64,000 bases of DNA from an uncultured Candidatus Peribacteria bacterium. GTDB taxonomy: Bacteria; Patescibacteriota; Gracilibacteria; Absconditabacterales; Absconditicoccaceae. Under the pieces are notes generated by a model, which was not told where the DNA came from, searched no databases, and saw nothing but the letters and a program-made list of their open reading frames with translations. Numbering within the stretch: position 1 is the first letter of the stretch; the number at the start of each line of letters is the position of its first letter. The stretch covers positions 12,618 through 76,617 of the forward strand of contig CAYQLB010000003.1 of NCBI GenBank assembly GCA_964418415.1, read 5' to 3'. The translations under genes and the position numbers were made by a program. Shown here in pieces: positions 57,202 to 64,000 of this stretch.

Positions 57202-59877
57202 TTATTTTAGTTCGTCTTTGATTTTGTCTAAAATTTGTAATGCTTGCAGAGGAGTGATATTGTTGAGATCGTAGGTGTCGAGCAGTGATTTCAATTTCTC
57301 GTATTTTATTCAATATTCGGGATTTGGTGAAAGGTCGAAGGTCGAAGGTAGAAGATTCTTATTTTTGTTGCCTTGTCCCTTGTCCCTTGTCCCTTTTTCC
57401 TGTTCAAGTTCATTTAAATGCCCTTTTGCTCTTTCTACTATTGTAGCAGGAATACCCGCTAATTTAGCGACATCGAGACCATAGCTTTTATTGGCTCATC
57501 ATTTCACTATTTTTTTCATGAAGATAACTTCTTTATCGGTTTCATAGACACTTACGGAATAGTTTTTCACACCCGGGTGTGTTTCTTCCAACTGAATCAA
57601 CTCATGATAATGAGTTGCTATCAATGTTTTCGCTTTGATAGTGATGACGAGATATTCTAAGATTGCTTTGGTCAATGCGAGACCATCATAGGTCGCTGTT
57701 CCACGACCTAATTCGTCGAAAATAATGAAACTATTTTTCGTCGCATTATTCAAAATATTTGCAACTTCAATCATTTCTGTCATGAAGGTAGATTGATTTT
57801 TTGCAATATTATCTCCGCTTCCTATACGCGCAAATAATGCATCCATCAGCGGAAGCTGACATTCCTTCGCCGGTACGAATAATCCACAATGCGCCATCAA
57901 GACGATCAATGCATTCTGTCTGAGATAGGTCGATTTACCTCACATATTCGGTCCTGTAATTATATGGAGAAATCAGTTGTCTGTAGTGGTTCATCATGTA
58001 TCATGTATCATATATCATGCATCAAGCTGTAAGTCATTTGGTATAAACTGCTGATCGCGTGGTAAAAATTCTTCGATAACCGGATGTCTTCCTTCGATGA
58101 TATGTAGTGTATCGTTTTTCACAAACAGTGGTTTGATATATTTCTTTTCCTGTGCTAATATCGCTTGCGAAACGAAAAGATCCAATTGTGAAATCTTCTC
58201 AGCAAATTCGTGCAATTGTTTCATATTATCGTGTATCTTTGTTTTTGCTTGCTCGAGGAATTCGTATTCCATCTTACTCAAAATATCTTTTGCTTCCAAT
58301 ATCTTTCATTCCAAATTCTCAAGATACGGAGAAGAATATCTCTGACCTCACTTCAGCGTATTCCTACGAACTATTTCAAACTTTCCATCTCATTCTCCAT
58401 TCTCAATTTTAAATTTTCAATTAATATTTTTTTCGAAATTTTCTATGTCTTTATTCGTTACTTCCAAAAAATATCCTTGATTTAGTACATACTTTACTTT
58501 GACGGTCGGTATGCCTGCGGCTTGTGCCAATTCTTGCTGGTATTGTAAAAGTAGTTCATCACTATGATAAGCAATTTTTCTGAGTTCATCTATTTTTTCA
58601 TGGTATCCATCACGGATATAGTCGATATCGTTTTTGTATTCTTCATCGTTTTTCAAAAGCTGTTCCAAATAATTATACAGATGCTGGAGATAATTATTAC
58701 TTACTTCAGTCAATCATAATATTTTCAATTCATCGAGCAAAAATGTATTTTCGAAGAAAATTCTCAGGGTTGATCTAAGTTTGATAAAGGTATTTGGTAA
58801 TAGTTTTTTGTATAATATCGTTGTTACGAGTTTTGGTATATCGCGTACATTACATAGAAAATGGTGAATGTTTTTGCTTTTTTCTTGGTCAGAAAAATAT
58901 TTCTCTATCATATCCAATCTTCGCTGTAACTGCTCAAGATTTTTGATAGGATTCGTAAGTGTATGGTGGAGAAGTCTAGAACCACCAGCTGTTTGTGTAG
59001 TATTCAAAATATGGAAGAGACTATATTTTTCACTTCATTCATAACTTGAAGATAATAATTCCAGATTTTTAATCGTGACTTCATCCAGGATGAGATACGT
59101 ATCCTGTGAATGAAAGGAGATTTTCGTAATATTGGTCAGTGAAGATTTTTGGGTATGGTTCAGATAGGAAAATAATAGGGCTATCGTTGCTAATCTACCG
59201 TTCTCGAGCGCTTTTCCATAGCTTGAAATCTGTTGAACTCCCGTTATTCATGAGATAAATTTTTCTGGATCTGGTGGAATATCCCATATCGAAATCAATG
59301 CTTTCATAGCTTGTTGTACGGGTACGGAGATACTTTCTTTTTCAGGAAAATCGATGTCAAAGACTAATTCAACAGGTTTAACCGCGATGATAAATTTCTG
59401 TAGTTCTTGGATATCTGAAAAGCTTTTGGTTCGGTATTCACCGACACTAAAATCTCATCGAGCAAGATGATAACTATTTCCGTTGGTATACGGGATAAAG
59501 GTCATTGCCATCGTATAAGTATACGATTTTTTTGCTTCTTGGATATAGGTTCATGGAGTGATGATACGTACGACTTCTCTTTCCACTATTTTTCCGGGGA
59601 TAGGTTCGCTCGTCTGTTCGGCGATAGCGACTTTATAGCCATTATTGATTAATTTCGTAATATATTTGTCGGCACTATGGTAGGGAATGCCAGCCATGGG
59701 GACGGAATTCTCTGAATTTTTATTCTTGCTCGTGAGGACAATATCGAGCACTTTACTGCAGATTTTTGCGTCTTCAAAGAAGGTTTCATAAAAATCTCCC
59801 ATACGAAAAAATAAGATACAATCTTCATGTTCTTTTTTGATATCAAGATACTGGATAATCGCTGGAGTAAATGCCAA
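57202..59877 (-). CDS. mutS: DNA mismatch repair protein MutS
   Basis: [49 protein letters not shown] (TGA 57940-57942 = Gly), [35 protein letters not shown]. Five track ORFs share one frame. I checked the tail codon by codon to TAA 57202. Confidence 0.95.
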
Positions 59878-59907
59878 AACTAAGAATCAAAATGACTAAA
59901 ATTCTGA

Positions 59908-60011
59908 CTCCCTTTGTAAAAGGGAGAAACCCGAAGGGGAGAAGGATTTAAGTCGTAGACACGAAATCCTCCATCCGCATCGGCGGATACCTCCTCCTTT
60001 TATAAAGGAGG
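59908..60011 (+). repeat. ~105-nt five-helix structured element, copy B
   Basis: Same architecture as copy A with different stem sequences: ctccctt/aagggag, ccc/ggg, gaaggattt/aaatcctcc, atccgc/gcggat and cctccttt/aaaggagg. Confidence 0.75.
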
Positions 60012-60168
60012 ACAATAGCTATCTCTAATATTTGTATAAATTAGTTTTTAAAATTCAACTATAAATAAAAATTACAATTTGTCTGTTAATTCTATATAAA
60101 GTATTGAAAATGTAAAGTATTTGAGTATAAGTAAGCAAAATAAAAATATAAACGTAAAATTAATAATT

Positions 60169-60540
60169 ATGAAAGAAATAGATATTTTAAAAAAAATTTG
60201 CGAAAGATTTGATTCTAATGATAAAAACTCTTTTGAATCATGTAATGTGGATGATTTATTGAATTTTATTTTGGAAGATGAGTCCATTGAAATACAATCA
60301 ATAAATGAACTTCCAAAAAAATGTAGATTACTCGTACACAGGCGATTATCTTGTGAGTCATATCTTACGATAACAAACCAACCTGCCTATACTACTGGTG
60401 AAAATGGTAAAGAATATTTATATATTCGTATAAATCCAAAAAACCAAACTACAGAATATTATTATGTATATAAAAAATTTCACAAAGAAGACTGATTATC
60501 TATTCCCAAGAGCTGCCTTGCATTAAGGCGGCTTTTTTAA
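60169..60540 (+). CDS. small hypothetical protein
   Basis: ATG 60169. The standard-code stop TGA 60493 sits directly before a terminator hairpin. Under TGA=Gly it reads through the hairpin to TAA 60538. Confidence 0.45.
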
Positions 60541-60582
60541 AAATTCTACAATACTTTAAGTTTTTTCCCCATCTCAATTAAA

Positions 60583-60612
60583 AAAAACTCCGGATATACC
60601 GGAGATTTTTTT
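60583..60612. terminator. bidirectional rho-independent terminator
   Basis: A7 ctccgg atata ccggag a T8. Confidence 0.8.
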
Positions 60613-60624
60613 TGTAACAAATAA

Positions 60625-61452
60625 TTAGCTGAAGGTACCATACCTTCCTGTTTCTTTTGTTTTGGTTAGGATTACTGGTTGAGCGTAAGTATCTATACTC
60701 AACAATGTTTCGATATTCTGTTTGACAACACTGGGAATTTTTCCCGGATCGACTTCGATGACAAGAGCATCAGCATTTTTCGCTGAATACTTACAAAAAT
60801 GTTTTGCAAAATTTTTTGTTTTTCTGGCAGTTTCTATAGTATAGTTAATACCATATTTCTGCAGGTGTTTGGTCGTATTGTCTTTGACCTTGTAGATAAT
60901 AAATTGTTCATCCGTGTTTTTGGTTTCAGCATTTTCGACGAAGATATGTATCGTTGCATCAAATGCTTTGGCAAGCATATACACGGTATTGAGTTTTTGT
61001 ACTTTTCTTTCGCCGTCCACAGCAATGGTGATGCGTTTTAACGGAGTAAATACTGCGTTATTCGGCAGAAGAATCGTAGGAATGGTCATATTCTGCGGAG
61101 TAGTCCAAGCGGTTTTTCCAAAAAAGAGGAGAGATGATCTATCCAAGGTCATGACAATAAATGCTGCACGTTCTTGTTCAGCAATATCTTGGATGGATGA
61201 GAAGATACTGAGAGGATTAATCTTGAGTTTAGAGATACGGACCTCTGTAGTAGAAATCTTCCTTGCGGCATTGATGACTCTACGAAAGGGGAGAGCACTC
61301 ATTTTGCCATCTCTTTTGGGATAGAGTACGACGGGCATTCCTAAATGATTTGCCAAGTTTGTAGCATATTTCGCTACAGTTTTTTGTTGAGTGTAGGTGT
61401 TTGCAAGATCGATTATCGCAAACAAGGTTTTTTGTGAATAGGTTTTCGTCAT
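60625..61452 (-). CDS. tandem universal stress protein (UspA-like) domains, TGA-free, higher G+C
   Basis: MTKTYSQKTLFAIIDL.., a second module ITIAVDGERKV..ADALVIEVD. TAA stop at 60625. The in-frame upstream ATG 61536 seems less likely. Confidence 0.65.
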   Translation of the reverse strand: MTKTYSQKTLFAIIDLANTYTQQKTVAKYATNLANHLGMPVVLYPKRDGKMSALPFRRVINAARKISTTEVRISKLKINPLSIFSSIQDIAEQERAAFIVMTLDRSSLLFFGKTAWTTPQNMTIPTILLPNNAVFTPLKRITIAVDGERKVQKLNTVYMLAKAFDATIHIFVENAETKNTDEQFIIYKVKDNTTKHLQKYGINYTIETARKTKNFAKHFCKYSAKNADALVIEVDPGKIPSVVKQNIETLLSIDTYAQPVILTKTKETGRYGTFS

Positions 61453-61611
61453 TTTTGTTATATATTTTGGTTTGGAGGAAGACCATAAGTATTTCATAAA
61501 TAAAGTCAAGTCCAAAATATCAGGAAGAGTCATCAAAACTTTGAAAAATCAGCATTCCGGGATATACTTATATTGTGGTGCGAGGATTTACTTCAGAATT
61601 ATGAAGAATAT

Positions 61612-63195
61612 ATGCCAAACGAAATCACTAAAAGTATTTTGGAAATCGATGATTTGCAGGGCATAAGCCCCAATTTTGAGCAACTCAAGATTCTTCCTCA
61701 AGAAACGGCTGAAAAGATTGAGACGCTAATTTTCTCCAAAGAAAAAAATACCTTGAAAATACTTACGACAAATAATTTTTCCGACGGACTCGCACAATTA
61801 CTCAAAAGCTTAGAGGAAAAGTGATATACATACGAAGTATTTTATACATCTCCAACAGGATTTCATTATGCATTGAGTCGATATACTGATATGGAAGGTA
61901 TCGCTGAACAAAAAAGAAAATCCGAAACAGAACAGAAACAGGCCGCAGGCAAGTGAGCTATTGCTATGATACAGAAAATTTTTGAAACGAGAGATGCTAT
62001 GGAACCGGGAGATTTTATTATGGAGCTTATTAGATTAGCATTCCAGACATGAGCATCTGATCTCCACTTTCAACCACAGGAAGATGGAGTAATTGTGAGA
62101 ATCAGAATTGATGGTGTGTTACAGGAATTGCTTGAATTTACTCATCAAGACTTCATAAAATATCTTCAGAAGATGAAGTTTATCTCAGGGACTAAGATGA
62201 ATATCGACTACTTACCGCAGGATGGAAGATTCTCTTTCGAGGCGACGGATGTTCATGGAGAAAAGAGAAAGGTTGATGTGAGAATTAATTTTATGCCGGG
62301 GGTAGAATCTGAAAGTACCGTCATTAGATTCTTGGATCCGACCAAGGGTATCTCTACGTTTGAAAATATCGGATTTACAGAAAGAACTTATGAAATATTA
62401 AAAAGGAATCTCGAAAAAAATACGGGAATTACTATTTTTACCGGACCTACAGGTTCGTGAAAGACAACAACGCTCTATACAATCCTAAATACCTTGAATG
62501 ATGGAAAAAGAAAAATCATCACCCTTGAAGACCCCATCGAATATGAAGTGAACGGTATCCAGCAATCACAGATCAATTATAGTAAATGATATACTTACGA
62601 GATCTGACTCAAAGCTATTTTGAGACACGATCCAGATATTATTCTAATCTGAGAAACGAGATCACAGGAAACCGCAGAGATTGCAATCAATGCAGCGTTG
62701 ACCTGACATTTGGTATTTACTACTTTACATACGAATTCTGCTATAGAATCTATCCCAAGACTTACAAGTATGGATGTCAAACCATATATGTTGGCGCCAT
62801 CCTTGAATCTAATTGTAGCACAGAGGTTGGTCAGAAAAGTATGTCCTCATTGTGGAACTAAGAGGGATGCAAATTATAGTGAACAAGCTGAAATCAAGGA
62901 GGCACTCAAAAAAATGAAGGATCTCGACCCAAAATTGGATATTCCATTTGATGGAAAAATTCCTGAGGTGGTAGGGTGTGATCAGTGTAATGGTAGCGGA
63001 TATCAATGAAGAATAGCAATCATCGAAACATTCGAGATTACTGATGATATTAAGAAAATGATTGTGGATAATAAAATCGGTATTGATCTTTATGCCAAAG
63101 CAAGAGAGGAGTGATTTTTGACACTCCAAGAAGATGGTATTATCAAAATGCTCAAATGAATTACCACGTTGGATGAATTGAGAAGGGTTTTATAA
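61612..63195 (+). CDS. GspE/PilB-family type II/IV secretion (type IV pilus assembly) ATPase
   Basis: [16 protein letters not shown], Walker A FTGPTGSGKTTT (TGA 62458-62460 = Gly), [26 protein letters not shown], tetracysteine [16 protein letters not shown]. The start is ATG 61612 or TTG 61573. Confidence 0.9.
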
Positions 63196-63206
63196 ATTAT
63201 GTGTAT

Positions 63207-63623
63207 ATGCATATGACATGACAAATAAAATGAGTTATTCCAACTACCTGAGAGGCTGTTCTGAAAACGAACACTGTCGTTAGTACAGAAGAAATTATAA
63301 CGGTAACCAACGATCAGGTCGGTGATGTATTGTATATTTCAGAAAAAATACATATGCCAGAAACAAAAGATATCAAGCGTGTTTATCGATCTGATTTTGA
63401 ACTAAAATCTAGGAAAGATGCTGAAGAATTAGTAAAACAGAAAAAAGCAATATTTTATCACAAGGACAAAGAAAGTGATTTTTTCGTCTACAATGAAAAG
63501 GCAGGAGAATTGATTGCATTCAAAAAAAATGATTATCTGATCTACCCTCAAGGATATCTTACATTCGATGGAAGGGATTATATTTCTTATGATGATCTCG
63601 GAGATGAAATCGGAAGATTTTAA
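63207..63623 (+). CDS. hypothetical protein
   Basis: The track ORF 63330-63623 extends upstream through three TGA to ATG 63207. TAA stop at 63621. The start is uncertain. Confidence 0.4.
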
Positions 63624-63804
63624 TGGAGAGATAGAAATTTAGTTACGGCTGCAATACTTAACGCCGGAATGAGAAACAGAAGAATAGAGAAATAAGAATG
63701 TTCGTTGCTTCGGTAGCGGATTTTTTTATTTGATTTTTTCTCTACTAAGCATAGTATTGCAAAAGACTTTACAGACTTTCGATTTTATAGATTTTACAGA
63801 CCTT

Positions 63805-64000
63805 ATGGACCGTTTGATTATCTATATAGATGAAGCAGGAAGATGACCGCTCGCATGACCAGTCTATGTATGACTCGTTGCTTTGAAAAAAAGAATAGTC
63901 CTCAAAGCATACAAAGATTCCAAAATTTGTAGTCCAAAATTGAGAGAAGAATTATATCACAAAGCAACAACCCACAAGCATATCTATTGGACGACAGCGA
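63805..64000 (+). CDS. rnhB: ribonuclease HII, N-terminal part (3' end outside window)
   Basis: MDRLIIYIDEAGRGPLAGPVYVG. Both Gly of GRG-PLAG-P at 63844 and 63859 are TGA. Confidence 0.85.

Noticed and set aside
57985-58020. catgtatcatgtatcatatatcatgcatca microrepeat in mutS as a phase-variation tract
   Set aside because: The repeat is imperfect. It encodes a short in-frame loop (GYMIHDTGG) just before the Walker A motif, and there are too few identical units to predict slippage.
1-64000. Massive ORF fragmentation in the six-frame track read as pseudogenisation, frameshifts or poor assembly
   Set aside because: Fragments of each gene lie in one frame and are separated only by TGA. These TGA coincide with conserved Gly. 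With TGA as a sense codon the genes are full-length and end in TAA/TAG.
1-64000. tRNA, rRNA, tmRNA, RNase P or SRP RNA genes
   Set aside because: Scanning the intergenic spacers by eye, I found no cloverleaf-like GTTCGAATC-type T-arm or other signature. None is reported.

Overview
Low-G+C bacterial chromosome segment that looks like a candidate-phyla-radiation episymbiont of the Absconditabacteria (SR1)/Gracilibacteria type. The supplied standard-code ORF track is shattered because TGA is a sense codon here. It falls on invariant Gly in RecA, EF-G, MutS, PilB and RNase HII, which matches translation table 25. In addition, CGA and CGG fall on invariant Trp positions in about ten unrelated protein families, while conserved Arg uses CGT/CGC/AGA/AGG. 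This is a second, much rarer reassignment (CGA/CGG->Trp). Re-translating by hand with TGA=Gly gives 52 tightly packed genes that stop only at TAA/TAG. Housekeeping genes include sufS, lexA, recA, gatC, fusA, prfA, secG, dus, mtgA, dedA, mutS, rnhB, RNA methyltransferases and a pseudouridine synthase. They are interleaved with accessory cell-envelope modules: (i) a 10.4-kb operon with a coiled-coil membrane protein, a paralogous 2136-aa giant membrane protein and two murein peptidases; (ii) a CHAP hydrolase with PT repeats; (iii) a divergent pair of a 1544-aa beta-helix/Fn3 surface protein and a PKD-repeat membrane protein; (iv) a VirB4-centred type IV secretion-like module whose pilin gene fuses seven Cys-rich repeats to three tandem pilin hairpins; (v) an orphan PilB-type ATPase. 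I saw no rRNA, tRNA, CRISPR, transposase or integrase. Intergenic DNA carries several lineage-specific short repeat families: GTAATG/CATTAC mini-hairpin arrays, a ~105-nt five-helix element with compensatory changes, a 31-bp REP-like hairpin, and AT-rich and GACTTTA-type repeats that also sit in frame inside mutS and priA. Several higher-G+C, TGA-free single-gene islets look horizontally acquired. All coordinates come from manual translation, and start codons are the least certain part.
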